Of a stretch of DNA of 56,706 nucleotides, positions 1 to 8,383 are shown piece by piece. Below the pieces are notes generated by a model that was not told where the DNA came from, ran no database searches, and saw nothing but the letters and a program-made list of their open reading frames with translations. How positions within the stretch are numbered: the stretch's first letter is position 1; each line of letters begins with the position of its first letter. Origin of the DNA: a virus (Duplodnaviria; Caudoviricetes). The stretch is taken from IMG/VR virus record IMGVR_UViG_3300037783_000023, positions 1 to 56,706 of that record; one strand, 5' to 3'. A program made the translations under genes and the position numbers.

Positions 1-127
1 AAGATCGACCGCCTTTACGAGTTCCTGCTCGACCGTTTTTCTGAGCCCCCCTCTACTGACCGCCGACGCTGAGGGCGGCGCAGGACGCCCACTGTGGCGC
101 GCCTGCTAAAATCTCGGCTCCCCCCCC
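1..127 (+). repeat. Terminal direct repeat, copy 1 (contig circularisation overlap)
   Basis: Identical to 56580-56706; 127 bp is a common assembler k-mer size; cuts through the holin-like gene. Confidence 0.95.
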
Positions 128-180
128 TGAAAAGTGCTAAGGCGCGCTGCTGCGAGCCTCTGGCGCGCGGAGACCCCACT

Positions 181-1116
181 ATGACCCCCTATGCAATCGC
201 ACAGAGCTACATCGGCACCACCGAGGGCCCCGGTCCCGAGGACAACCCGGTGATTGTCGAGATGTATTCGACCGTCGGCCATGATTGGGTCGAGCATGAC
301 AGCGTGGCGTGGTGCGCCGCCTTTGTCGGCCACTGCCTTGAGCGCGCCGGTCTGCGCTCCACCCGCAAGCTCAACGCCCGGTCCTATCTGGATTGGGGCG
401 TGCCGGTCGATCTGGCGGACGCGCAGGAGGGCGACATCGTCGTCTTCACTCGTGGCAACCCGAACGGCTGGCAGGGCCATGTCGGCTTCTATGCCGGGGT
501 CACGGGCAATTCGATTGAGGTGCTCGGCGGCAATCAGGCAGACGCGGTCAACGTGCGCCGGTATTCCAAGTCCCGGCTCCTCGGCGTCCGCCGGTCTGGC
601 AACGTAGCCCCGGCCGCACCCCTGACCGTGCTGCAAGCGCAGCAGCGCCTGAGCGCCCTCGGCTACCATGAGGTCGGCAAAGCCGACGGCATCATGGGGC
701 CCCGCACCCGCGCGGCAATCCTCGCGTTCCGGGACGACAACGATCTGCCCCGCGTGCCCATCATCGACGTCGCTCTGGCGGAGGCGCTGGACCGTGCGCG
801 CCCCCGGGCAATCGCCCCCGAGCGTGCGGCCGGAGCGCCCGAGAGCAGCCGGATCGTGAACGCAGCGAACGCGCAGATCGGCCTCGGCGTCTTCGGGGCT
901 GTCGGCACTGTCGGGTCGCAGCTCGCCCCGGTGGTCACAGAGCTGGAGCAGGCGCGCGACACGGTGCAGCGTGCCCTCGCTGCCGTGGGGCTGGACGGAT
1001 GGCTGGCGACGGTCAGCCCGTGGCTCGGCGCAGCGATGTTCGTCGGCGTCGTGGTCTATGCGTTTAAGGCCCGCAGCGCCCGCATCGAGGACCACCGGAC
1101 CGGGCGGACGATGTGA
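181..1116 (+). CDS. Endolysin: TIGR02594/NlpC-P60(CHAP)-like catalytic domain + peptidoglycan-binding domain + hydrophobic C-terminal helices
   Basis: AWCAAFV...QGHVGF...LGGNQ catalytic motifs; QQRLSALGY...DGIMGPRTRAAI PG-binding motif; GGAG RBS before ATG 181; next to spanins. Confidence 0.85.
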   Translation: MTPYAIAQSYIGTTEGPGPEDNPVIVEMYSTVGHDWVEHDSVAWCAAFVGHCLERAGLRSTRKLNARSYLDWGVPVDLADAQEGDIVVFTRGNPNGWQGHVGFYAGVTGNSIEVLGGNQADAVNVRRYSKSRLLGVRRSGNVAPAAPLTVLQAQQRLSALGYHEVGKADGIMGPRTRAAILAFRDDNDLPRVPIIDVALAEALDRARPRAIAPERAAGAPESSRIVNAANAQIGLGVFGAVGTVGSQLAPVVTELEQARDTVQRALAAVGLDGWLATVSPWLGAAMFVGVVVYAFKARSARIEDHRTGRTM

Positions 1117-1331
1117 TGTGGGTCTACATTCTGCTCGTGTGCATGTCGGTCCCGACCGGGGCTGACTGCTTTGGCGGCGTGAGCCCGGTCGAGTATCGGA
1201 GCGAGCGTGAATGCGAGGCGGCGGCGGCCCGCCAGCATGACCACGCCGAGGCGGTGGCGTCGCAGGGCGCGGTGCCGCTGCTTTTTGTCCAGACCCGATG
1301 CGTCGAGCTAGAGCGGGAGGCCATGTCGTGA
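1113..1331 (+). CDS. Small Cys-containing protein with hydrophobic N-terminus, in lysis cassette
   Basis: GTGA overlap with endolysin stop; MMWVYILLVC; four Cys. Confidence 0.6.
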   Translation: MMWVYILLVCMSVPTGADCFGGVSPVEYRSERECEAAAARQHDHAEAVASQGAVPLLFVQTRCVELEREAMS

Positions 1332-1573
1332 TCGGGCTGTGGATCCGGGCTGGCAGGTGGGCCGCGTTCGCCGGAGCGATCGTCGTCGCTGTGGCTGCGG
1401 CGGTGCTGGTCTTGATCCGGCGGGGCCGACGAGAGGCCGAGGCCGATTTCGCCGTGCGCCGGGCTGACGCCCGCGTGCGGGCCATCCAGACCGAACGGGA
1501 GGTGCGGCGCAATGTGGAGGGCTTGGATAGCTCTGAGCTGGGCGCTCGCGCTGACCGCTGGATGCGCGATTGA
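1328..1573 (+). CDS. Putative inner-membrane spanin (Rz-like)
   Basis: GGAGG RBS, GTG start overlapping previous stop; N-terminal TM segment then helical periplasmic region; overlaps a lipoprotein gene. Confidence 0.7.
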   Translation: MIGLWIRAGRWAAFAGAIVVAVAAAVLVLIRRGRREAEADFAVRRADARVRAIQTEREVRRNVEGLDSSELGARADRWMRD

Positions 1574-1712
1574 GCCCGGGCAATATCGGGAGACCTGCGA
1601 TTGGGCGGAGCCGATCCGCCCCTCGCGCGCCGACGTTCTGACCGAGGGCACGCTGGCGCAGATCGTCATACATAATGAAATCGGGGAGCGTCTGTGCGGA
1701 TGGAGCCCATGA
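1512..1712 (+). CDS. Putative outer-membrane spanin lipoprotein (Rz1-like)
   Basis: Signal peptide with lipobox LTAG-C; overlaps 3' end of the i-spanin gene in another frame. Confidence 0.75.
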   Translation: MWRAWIALSWALALTAGCAIEPGQYRETCDWAEPIRPSRADVLTEGTLAQIVIHNEIGERLCGWSP

Positions 1713-2107
1713 GTAAAAGTGCGCCCGACGCCCGGACGCTGACTTGGTGCCGCCCTGTCGGCGGCATCGACTTCGAGACCACGAAAGAGCTGCGCTGGGA
1801 AATCGGCCGACCGGGCTCGGGCGTGTGGATGCCTGCCGTGCCCCCGGGGTTCCGTTTCCAAGCGTCCATCCCGCGCCCTCTGCGCTGGCTCTGGTCCCCG
1901 CTAGACCGGCGATACCTGCGCGCGGCCTGCCTGCATGACTACGGCCTGCACGTCCTGAAATGGGACCGCGTGTCTGCGGCCGCCCCATTCGCCTCCTGTC
2001 TGCAGGAGGATGGCGTCCACCGCTGGCAGGCGCTCGCATTCACCGTCGCGGTGATCGCGTATAAATGGTGGCAGCAGAGGCACCAGCCCTCACCGGCTGG
2101 CAAGTGA
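1709..2107 (+). CDS. DUF1353 family protein
   Basis: VPPGFRFQASIPR..W...RAACLHDY motif; ATGA overlap with o-spanin stop. Confidence 0.7.
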   Translation: MSKSAPDARTLTWCRPVGGIDFETTKELRWEIGRPGSGVWMPAVPPGFRFQASIPRPLRWLWSPLDRRYLRAACLHDYGLHVLKWDRVSAAAPFASCLQEDGVHRWQALAFTVAVIAYKWWQQRHQPSPAGK

Positions 2108-2199
2108 TCCCCTCGCGGGGATAGCGCGCGGCCGCCGGTCGCTGGCTGTGTGGGGGCAGGCATGCCACCCGGCGGTCGCCGCGCTTCAAATTCCTTGGG

Positions 2200-2248
2200 A
2201 AACGCCCCGCCTCGGCTTCGTGCCGGGCGGGGCGTTTTTTGCGTTTTT
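2200..2248 (+). terminator. Rho-independent terminator ending the late operon (possibly bidirectional)
   Basis: AAACGCCCCGCC...GGCGGGGCGTTT stem followed by T6 and T5; lies between convergent genes. Confidence 0.85.
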
Positions 2249-2251
2249 GGG

Positions 2252-3586
2252 CTATCTGTCCGGGGAAAAGAACCGGGCGATGCCGGTGTTGATCCGCGTG
2301 CCGCTTTCCGCGAAGGCGCCGACCGGCAGGTCCTCCCAAAAGTCGTGCCCCCACCGACCGGGCTCGACATATCCGTGATCTGTCACCGCTGTGATTGGGA
2401 GGATGGCGTAGAGCACGCCCCCGGGCTTGAGGAACCGCCGGGCGTGCTCGACGTGCTTCTGATAGTGCTGACCGTAGAACGGGGGGTTCATGAGGACCAT
2501 GTCGAATTCGGGCTGCGGCGGGACCTCAAGGAAATTGCGGCGCAGCACACCGAAGCCTTCGGCCTTTGCCTGCTCTGCACGGTCCGGGTGGATTTCGTAG
2601 CCTGCGGCCATGATCCCGCTGATGCGATTGTCGGTGGCGTGCCTGCGGATCGCGGCAAGGATGGACCCGTCGCCGCAGGAGGGTTCGAGGATCTTCATCC
2701 CTTCGCGCGGCCATGCCTTCTCGACCAGCCGGTCCGCGATGGTGTCCGGCGTCCGGTAGAATTGCAGGTCGCGCGCCACCTCGGTCCCGGGCTGGCGCTG
2801 AGCTTCCTCGTCCGGTGTATCGGGCAGCACCTCCCCATAGTATTCGGCGAGCCCCCGGTTCACGACGTCGAGCGCGTGCCGGTCAAAAAACAGGTGCGCA
2901 TTCCCGTTCTGGAATACGCGCAGCTTGCCGCCCCACCACATCGCCTCGCCAGCCTTGCGCGCCTCTTGCGCAAGCTCGCTTATGTCCCCATCGCGGACGT
3001 GTGGCTTGCCATCGAGCGACGACATTGCGTTCAGCATGTCCTTGAGCCGCTCTTGCCCCCAAGAGCCGAATGAATACTCACCAAAGCCGGACAGGATTAT
3101 GCGCTTGGGAAGGGCGCTTACTCCGATCTTGACCTTGCTGTGAGACTTGAACGCCGGGTCAAGCTGGCTGAACACCTCGGCCAGACCCCTGAGGACGTGT
3201 TCGCGCGGGTCCAGCAGATAGCGGCCGAAATTAGCCCTGATATTGTCGATGGTAAACTCCGGCGGGTTTTCCAGCTCGCGGTCATAGCGCGCCCGGTCGC
3301 TGGCCGGGGCAATGCGCCCGATGTTGAGCCCGTCGTAGACGTGCCGCCACGCAGAGCGCAGCAGGGCGGCTTCAAGGTCGCGTTGCGTGACGTGCGATGG
3401 GCTGCCGGTTCGGCCCCATATCGAATGGGTGTAGGTGCCCCCGATGGTGGCGCCGAGCTCGATGGCGGTCTGCGCAGCCTTAAGCTCTGCCATCCGCTCG
3501 GGGATAGCCTCGCGCTTGCTTTCATACTCCTCGACCAGCGCGGAAAGCGAGCGCAGGGGTGCGGGCATGTTTGATTGATCTGTCAT
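2252..3586 (-). CDS. DUF4942-like domain fused to an amino (N6-adenine/N4-cytosine) DNA methyltransferase
   Basis: QFYRTP, ILEPSCGDG (SAM-binding) and MNPPF (catalytic) motifs; N-terminal region ending FQNGNAHL resembles DUF4942. Confidence 0.8.
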   Translation of the reverse strand: MTDQSNMPAPLRSLSALVEEYESKREAIPERMAELKAAQTAIELGATIGGTYTHSIWGRTGSPSHVTQRDLEAALLRSAWRHVYDGLNIGRIAPASDRARYDRELENPPEFTIDNIRANFGRYLLDPREHVLRGLAEVFSQLDPAFKSHSKVKIGVSALPKRIILSGFGEYSFGSWGQERLKDMLNAMSSLDGKPHVRDGDISELAQEARKAGEAMWWGGKLRVFQNGNAHLFFDRHALDVVNRGLAEYYGEVLPDTPDEEAQRQPGTEVARDLQFYRTPDTIADRLVEKAWPREGMKILEPSCGDGSILAAIRRHATDNRISGIMAAGYEIHPDRAEQAKAEGFGVLRRNFLEVPPQPEFDMVLMNPPFYGQHYQKHVEHARRFLKPGGVLYAILPITAVTDHGYVEPGRWGHDFWEDLPVGAFAESGTRINTGIARFFSPDR

Positions 3587-3637
3587 GGTTTTCTCCGTGG
3601 AATTGCGCCGCCCCTTAGATCGGGGCGGAGGTGGTGG

Positions 3638-3904
3638 TCATTGATCCAGCGCGTCGACAAGGTCGCTTTGCAGCGTGCCGAGCAGAGCGTTCGCCTGACG
3701 GCAGGCCTCCTGTATCCGTCGCCGGTCAGCGATGACCGCATCGTCCGGGCGGGAGAGGTGCTGGCAGTTTCGGCCGTTCGCCACGTCGCGCAGCAGCTTC
3801 AAGGCGGCCTCGTCGATAGCCGTGCGGGCGTTTTCGAGGGCGGCAAAAGCGGCCACGAAGTCCTCGCGGGTGTTGCCGTTCTGGTTCGGTCTTGCTCGGA
3901 TCAT
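3638..3904 (-). CDS. Hypothetical protein
   Basis: ATGA-coupled member of leftward operon. Confidence 0.65.
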   Translation of the reverse strand: MIRARPNQNGNTREDFVAAFAALENARTAIDEAALKLLRDVANGRNCQHLSRPDDAVIADRRRIQEACRQANALLGTLQSDLVDALDQ

Positions 3905-4158
3905 GTCGGGACCTGCGCGGCTTTGAGGCGGACCCGGATGCGGTAGAGGACGCCCGGGCCGGGGGCGCTCCCCTCTATGACCGGGTCAGAATAGAAAACC
4001 CGGCCATCAGCGAAGCGATAAGCCGAAACAGTCGCCTCTCCTGTCTCCCAAACGCGCGCTTGCGTCGCCCTGCGGCCGAGGACCATTTCGGACCATCTCA
4101 ATCCCTGCGGTCGAGCCATCCACCGGCGGCGCTGGAAGTCGTAGTGCCGTGCGTTCAT
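3901..4158 (-). CDS. Hypothetical protein (MNARHYDF...)
   Basis: GGAGG RBS and ATGA overlaps at both ends. Confidence 0.65.
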   Translation of the reverse strand: MNARHYDFQRRRWMARPQGLRWSEMVLGRRATQARVWETGEATVSAYRFADGRVFYSDPVIEGSAPGPGVLYRIRVRLKAAQVPT

Positions 4159-4388
4159 GCGGCGGCCTCCCATGCGAGCGTGCCCACCTCCCCGCTGCGC
4201 AGGCAGGTGACGCGATAGCGGCCGCGACCGAGGCGCTCCAAGCGGCGCAACGGGCCGCCCATCGAGGTCCGCTGGCGGGAAGTGTTGCGCCACGCCCGGA
4301 GCAGGCGCAGGGCGCGCTCCGAGGTCATGAGGCGGTCTGGCTGCGGGGCGTATTGGTTCCACGCCCATGTGAATGTCCGGGGCTTCAT
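4155..4388 (-). CDS. Hypothetical protein
   Basis: GGAGG RBS, ATGA overlaps. Confidence 0.65.
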   Translation of the reverse strand: MKPRTFTWAWNQYAPQPDRLMTSERALRLLRAWRNTSRQRTSMGGPLRRLERLGRGRYRVTCLRSGEVGTLAWEAAA

Positions 4389-4807
4389 GCTGGCACCTCC
4401 GCGCAGTTAGGGCAGTCCTCGTGGTCGTCGCTGCCGGGGTGGCCGCAGGCGCGGCAGGTCGGCAGGTCGTGGCCGTCGCCGTCGGGGCCTTGGGCTTCGA
4501 GGGCGCGTTCCTCCTTCTCCGCATCTTCGGCGCATCCGTCGCAGAGGCTGGCGAAGCCGAGGGTGCGCGTGGCCGGGGCCTCGCCGCAGCTCTCGCACCA
4601 GAGCGTCTCCGGCTCGTCTCCGATGAAATGGAACACCGCCGGCGCGTGCGCCCTCATCCCCGCCTCAAGGCTGAGATAGTCGGCCGAGCTGCTGCGCTCG
4701 CCGGGAGGGCCGTCCGAGAATTGCCACTCAATGTCCCCGAGCTTCGCTTGGTAGCCGTGGGCCTCGGGATCAGTCACGGCCCCCTTCACAATCCAGATCG
4801 CTTTCAT
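4385..4807 (-). CDS. Hypothetical zinc-ribbon protein
   Basis: CESC, CDGC, CRAC, CPNC motifs; coupled overlaps. Confidence 0.65.
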   Translation of the reverse strand: MKAIWIVKGAVTDPEAHGYQAKLGDIEWQFSDGPPGERSSSADYLSLEAGMRAHAPAVFHFIGDEPETLWCESCGEAPATRTLGFASLCDGCAEDAEKEERALEAQGPDGDGHDLPTCRACGHPGSDDHEDCPNCAEVPA

Positions 4808-5229
4808 TCGCCTGTCCCCTCGGAAATGACCTGAGCAAGGCTGCGGTCGCCCCAAAACAGGTCTTCGGGGTCGATCTGGCCGCGCTCGGTCGCTCGCTCA
4901 CAGATGTCCGCCAGCGTGGCGACCACTCCAAAGCCGCTGCCGTCCCAAAGCGCCTCGGCCTCGTCTCCTGTGCGGGCGAAGTGCGCGATGGCCTCCATTA
5001 TCTCCCGCGATGTGCAGCGGCTCTCACCCGAGGCAATGAAGTCCTCGCGCCCCGCATCCCACGCAGCACGATCAGCCTGATCGTTTGTCCCCGCCTCGTA
5101 TGCGGTCAAGCCCTCGGTGTTGCCCTCGGTCCCGACCGCATCGGCGCAAGCCTGCAACGCTGCCTGAGCGTCGTCTGCGTCGTGGGTCCCGAAGAACGTG
5201 CCGTTTGCGAATATGTGGAATTTAGCCAT
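4804..5229 (-). CDS. Hypothetical acidic protein (MAKFHIFANG...)
   Basis: AGGAG RBS; overlapping neighbours. Confidence 0.65.
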   Translation of the reverse strand: MAKFHIFANGTFFGTHDADDAQAALQACADAVGTEGNTEGLTAYEAGTNDQADRAAWDAGREDFIASGESRCTSREIMEAIAHFARTGDEAEALWDGSGFGVVATLADICERATERGQIDPEDLFWGDRSLAQVISEGTGE

Positions 5230-5452
5230 TTGTTTGCTCCTTCGGCTGGTGGATGCGACGGAGCGTGCCGTCGCTGTTGAAAACGTGGGTCGGGAGGTCG
5301 GGGTGGTAGCGGCGTGCGGCGGTGATCGCGTCGCGCTGGCGATAACAATAAGCGGCCTCACCGATCTGGTTCCCGTCGGCGTCGAACGGGGCGTAGGCCC
5401 ACCCCGTCGCGCGGTCGATGTGGAACACCTCGGTCCGGACGGGGGCGCTCAT
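5222..5452 (-). CDS. Hypothetical protein
   Basis: ATGA overlap with upstream gene. Confidence 0.6.
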   Translation of the reverse strand: MSAPVRTEVFHIDRATGWAYAPFDADGNQIGEAAYCYRQRDAITAARRYHPDLPTHVFNSDGTLRRIHQPKEQTNG

Positions 5453-5694
5453 GCTGCCCACCCGTTTTCGTACGCGACCGACCCGGTCCAGTTCCCGTGC
5501 TGGTCGTAGTTCAGCAGCCCGGGGGTGAAGTCGTAGACCGCGTGGATCAGGTCGAGGTGGGCGTCGCCCCCGACATCCTCAAGCAGGTGCAGGGCCGCGA
5601 TGCAGGTGCCGGGCGTGTCGAGCAGGCGGTCGCGCTCGGAGCCATCCTTCGTCAGCGCGATGGCGATTTCGTGGGCTTTGGAAAAGTTCATCAT
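5449..5694 (-). CDS. Hypothetical protein
   Basis: Preceded by TCCACGGAGA RBS element. Confidence 0.65.
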   Translation of the reverse strand: MMNFSKAHEIAIALTKDGSERDRLLDTPGTCIAALHLLEDVGGDAHLDLIHAVYDFTPGLLNYDQHGNWTGSVAYENGWAA

Positions 5695-5744
5695 GGTCGT
5701 GTCTCCGTGGAAAGATGGGGCGGGGCTCGCACCCCGCGTTTGAA

Positions 5745-5885
5745 TTATGCGGCGGCGGCTGTCTTCCAGCCGTCCACCCATGCCTCGATGCGGTTCTGAC
5801 GTGTGAACGGGCACACCCGGCGACCTGCGGCATAGTCAGCTTGACCGCGTTCAAAGGCTGTAAGGTTCTGCATTGCGATGGTCAT
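5745..5885 (-). CDS. Ribosome modulation factor (Rmf/CrpP-fold)-like 46-aa protein, not in supplied ORF track
   Basis: Hand translation MTIAMQNLTAFERGQADYAAGRRVCPFTRQNRIEAWVDGWKTAAAA; matches the Rmf pattern A..RG..(A)..G...CP[YF]...W..GW; TCCACGGAGA RBS. Confidence 0.7.
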   Translation of the reverse strand: MTIAMQNLTAFERGQADYAAGRRVCPFTRQNRIEAWVDGWKTAAAA

Positions 5886-5909
5886 GGTCTGTGTCTCCGT
5901 GGAAGTGCG

Positions 5910-6131
5910 TTAGAGCGGGCGGAATTCGATATTCTCGAAGTCGGCGATTTCGAAGCCTTCATCCTCGAAGGCGGCGAGGATCGCGGTCGGGCTGCGGTCG
6001 GTCTTGAAGAAGAACCCGCCCATCAGGTGTTGCGCGGTAGCATGTTCGCTGGCCTCAAGAACCAAGTTAAAGACACGCTCAAGGGTTTCGCGGCTGTATG
6101 TCTTAAAGCGGATGGTGCACTCGATGGTCAT
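5910..6131 (-). CDS. Hypothetical protein, first gene of attP-distal operon
   Basis: TCCACGGAGA RBS before ATG 6131. Confidence 0.65.
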   Translation of the reverse strand: MTIECTIRFKTYSRETLERVFNLVLEASEHATAQHLMGGFFFKTDRSPTAILAAFEDEGFEIADFENIEFRPL

Positions 6132-6166
6132 GTTCAGGTCTCCGTGGATGCGTTTGTGCATACAGG

Positions 6167-6217
6167 GACATTCCACTGACTTTCAGCGGGCGTCTACGAA
6201 AAAAACACTTTTTGTTG
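6167..6217 (-). promoter_or_regulatory. Putative leftward promoter with operator-like site
   Basis: -35-like TAGACG (6191-6196), 17 bp, GAATGT; upstream ACACTTTTTGTTG (6205-6217) resembles operator ACACAAATTGTTG (18808-18820) at the same offset from -35. Confidence 0.45.
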
Positions 6218-6256
6218 ATTTTTTTTTCGGGCTTAAAAGGGACTTGACCCCTGAAA

Positions 6257-6450
6257 AGGTGCGGGCGGCCTGTAAAAATCTTATTTGATTTCAATGGGGT
6301 CTAATTGCCCGCACTTCGCGCCAAGCGATTGTTTTTGTTGACAGGTAGCCGCCCCCTACGGGCTGCCACTACGCCAATTCCCCGCCTTTATCGCTTTGAT
6401 TTTGCGCCACTTTTCCAAAGGTGCGGGCGCGCTGGTCTCAGGTGCGGGCG
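6257..6450 (+). repeat. Integrase arm-type direct repeats AGGTGCGGGCG flanking attP core
   Basis: Exact copies at 6257-6267, 6419-6429, 6440-6450; inverted variant near 6305-6316. Confidence 0.7.
6353..6368 (+). other. attP core: 3' end of a tRNA (CCCCTACGGGCTGCCA), likely tRNA-Glu
   Basis: Ends in CCA, lies just downstream of int between arm repeats; matches my recollection of the Rhodobacteraceae tRNA-Glu 3' end. Confidence 0.7.
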
Positions 6451-6463
6451 AACCCGCCCCCGC

Positions 6464-7486
6464 TCAGCTGCGCGTCCAGCCCTTGAGCGCCAGCCTCCGG
6501 CGGCTCGCTGATTTGGTGTAGTGCAGGGCCATTGTGCCGCCCTCCCAGCCAAACATCGCCTCAAGCTCGTGGACCGTGGCACCCGCCTCGGCCGCCCGGA
6601 CAGCCGCGATCTTGCGCAGCCCGTGGGCCGTCTTATCGACCCCGGCCTCGCGGCACGCCCGGCGAAACATATTGCCGAAGCTCTCCTTGGTCAGCGGCCG
6701 ACCGTTCGCCCCGACGATGAAGTGCATGTCGCCCGTGGGGCCCGCGTCCAGCGTGGCGCGCAGCGGGGCCAATATCGGGATGATCACCTCGGTCCCGGTT
6801 TTCTCGGTCCGGATCGTCGCCACCCCCTCGCGGACGTGCTGGCGGCCGAGCGTCACAGCATCGCCCCGACGGAGCCCGGTGTAGAGGAGGACGTCCATCC
6901 AGACGCGCTCACGGGTCCCGAGCGCCCATCGCTCGTGGTAGCGCGTGACCTCCTCGTCGGTCCACACGGCAAAGCCCCCGGCCGACTTCGCCTTGGGCGC
7001 GCGGACCCCGAGCGTCGGGTCCTCGGCCACATGGCCCATCGCCAGCGCCCACTTGAACAGGCCGGACATGGTCTTGCGGAACGACGTCGCGGTGCCGGGC
7101 TTGTTCGCCCGGCGCTCGATCCCCTCGGCGATGGCCTGCCGGTCGATGGTCGAGAACGGGGCGTCTCCGGCGCTCTCAATCACACCCCGCAGGATCAGCT
7201 CGCGCTGGCGCTGGGTGGAGGGCGCGAGGTCTCGAAATGCCGTGGACCGCCGATACTGGTCGACCAACCACTCAAGCGATTTAGTATCCACCCGCCTCGG
7301 GGCTGGCGCTGGGCCCGCACCGCCCGTCAGCGCGGCCATGTAGGCGGCGTCAAAGCCCGGGTCATAGAGGTCGGGCAGGCGCACGCGCGGGCCATGCTGG
7401 CGGCGGAAATAATAGCAGACGCGGCCGTGCCGGGTCCGCTCGCGGGATACATAGGGCGGGATCTTCTTGGGCATGCCGTCCATCAC
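6464..7486 (-). CDS. int: Tyrosine integrase
   Basis: YTGLRRGD (R), TEKT (K), HGLRK (HxxR), FGW, HYT (Y) catalytic motifs. Confidence 0.95.
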   Translation of the reverse strand: MMDGMPKKIPPYVSRERTRHGRVCYYFRRQHGPRVRLPDLYDPGFDAAYMAALTGGAGPAPAPRRVDTKSLEWLVDQYRRSTAFRDLAPSTQRQRELILRGVIESAGDAPFSTIDRQAIAEGIERRANKPGTATSFRKTMSGLFKWALAMGHVAEDPTLGVRAPKAKSAGGFAVWTDEEVTRYHERWALGTRERVWMDVLLYTGLRRGDAVTLGRQHVREGVATIRTEKTGTEVIIPILAPLRATLDAGPTGDMHFIVGANGRPLTKESFGNMFRRACREAGVDKTAHGLRKIAAVRAAEAGATVHELEAMFGWEGGTMALHYTKSASRRRLALKGWTRS

Positions 7487-7686
7487 AGCCGCGGCCTCCT
7501 GACAATGTCAAGCGCCTCCGATGGGCTGGCTGGCTCCTCCGTTTGGGGAGCAGGCTCCCCCATCGGCTCGACGATCATCCTGCCGTCGCGCTCGAATACG
7601 AGCCGGAGGTCGCCCCCGGCGTCCTTGATCGCCCGCATGACGCGGGCCGCGTCCGCTTGAGTAAATTTAGCTGCTGTTCTTGCCAT
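7483..7686 (-). CDS. Putative excisionase / recombination directionality factor
   Basis: Small gene overlapping int start; FTQADAARVMRA motif common upstream of alphaproteobacterial integrases. Confidence 0.55.
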   Translation of the reverse strand: MARTAAKFTQADAARVMRAIKDAGGDLRLVFERDGRMIVEPMGEPAPQTEEPASPSEALDIVRRPRL

Positions 7687-7802
7687 ATCGTTTTCTATTG
7701 CGCCCGGGCCTCCCCGGTCCTATTTTGGCTCTCGCACAGATGCTCCGTGGAAAGACTGTCGTGCACCGGGGGAGCGGCAGCGATGCAGCTCCCCCATCCT
7801 TT

Positions 7803-8132
7803 TTACCGCTCGCCTTGGAGAACGATCAGCCCGGCCGCCCGGCGGCGCTGCTGCGTCCGGATCAGCGCGAGCAGAATGTCCTCCGCAGACACACGCGGCC
7901 CCGAGCTCCGGCGGTCGAGCGCGTCGTGGCACTGGTCGCAGGCGTCCACGAGGAACAGATCGTCCGGCTTCTGCGCCATCCCTGCGAGGTTGAACATCCG
8001 CAGGTGCGCGCCGACGGTATATGCCGGGTCCTCCCGGCAGACCTCGGGCAGGCGCAGGGTGCAGTCCTGACCGGCCGAGGCCTTGCGGATCGCGTCGGAG
8101 GCGGCGTTGCCGGACTTGATGTTTTCGTTCAT
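7803..8132 (-). CDS. DUF1364 (YbcO-like) Zn-binding putative nuclease
   Basis: AGQDCTLRLPEVC...AHLR...KPDD...ACDQCHDALD. Confidence 0.8.
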   Translation of the reverse strand: MNENIKSGNAASDAIRKASAGQDCTLRLPEVCREDPAYTVGAHLRMFNLAGMAQKPDDLFLVDACDQCHDALDRRSSGPRVSAEDILLALIRTQQRRRAAGLIVLQGER

Positions 8133-8133
8133 C

Positions 8134-8382
8134 TCACCGGGTTCCTGTCTTTGGTGGGGCTGGCGTTGTGGGGGCCGCAGGCTGTGGCTGTCGGGGAGGG
8201 GAAAAGCCCGGCAAGGTCTTCATCTTAGGTGCCCATCGCCAAGGGCCGCAGCGACCGCAGGTGCACTCCTCCCTCCATCGCGCGGTGAAAATCCCGCGCT
8301 TCATCCACCGCATTTGCAGCCCGCAAACGCAGTCACTTCGCACATGGACCCGAGCTGCTCCGGTGATACTGTTTCTGGGCAT
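8134..8382 (-). CDS. Hypothetical Cys-rich protein
   Basis: GGAGG RBS; CVCG and CTCGRC motifs. Confidence 0.5.
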   Translation of the reverse strand: MPRNSITGAARVHVRSDCVCGLQMRWMKRGIFTARWREECTCGRCGPWRWAPKMKTLPGFSPPRQPQPAAPTTPAPPKTGTR

Positions 8383-8383
8383 G

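Noticed and set aside
1-127. Biological terminal repeat
   Set aside because: 127 bp equals a common assembly k-mer, it cuts a gene, and a cos site is predicted elsewhere
6330-6375. Complete tRNA gene
   Set aside because: Only the last ~16 nt are present; no D-arm, anticodon arm or TTCGA loop
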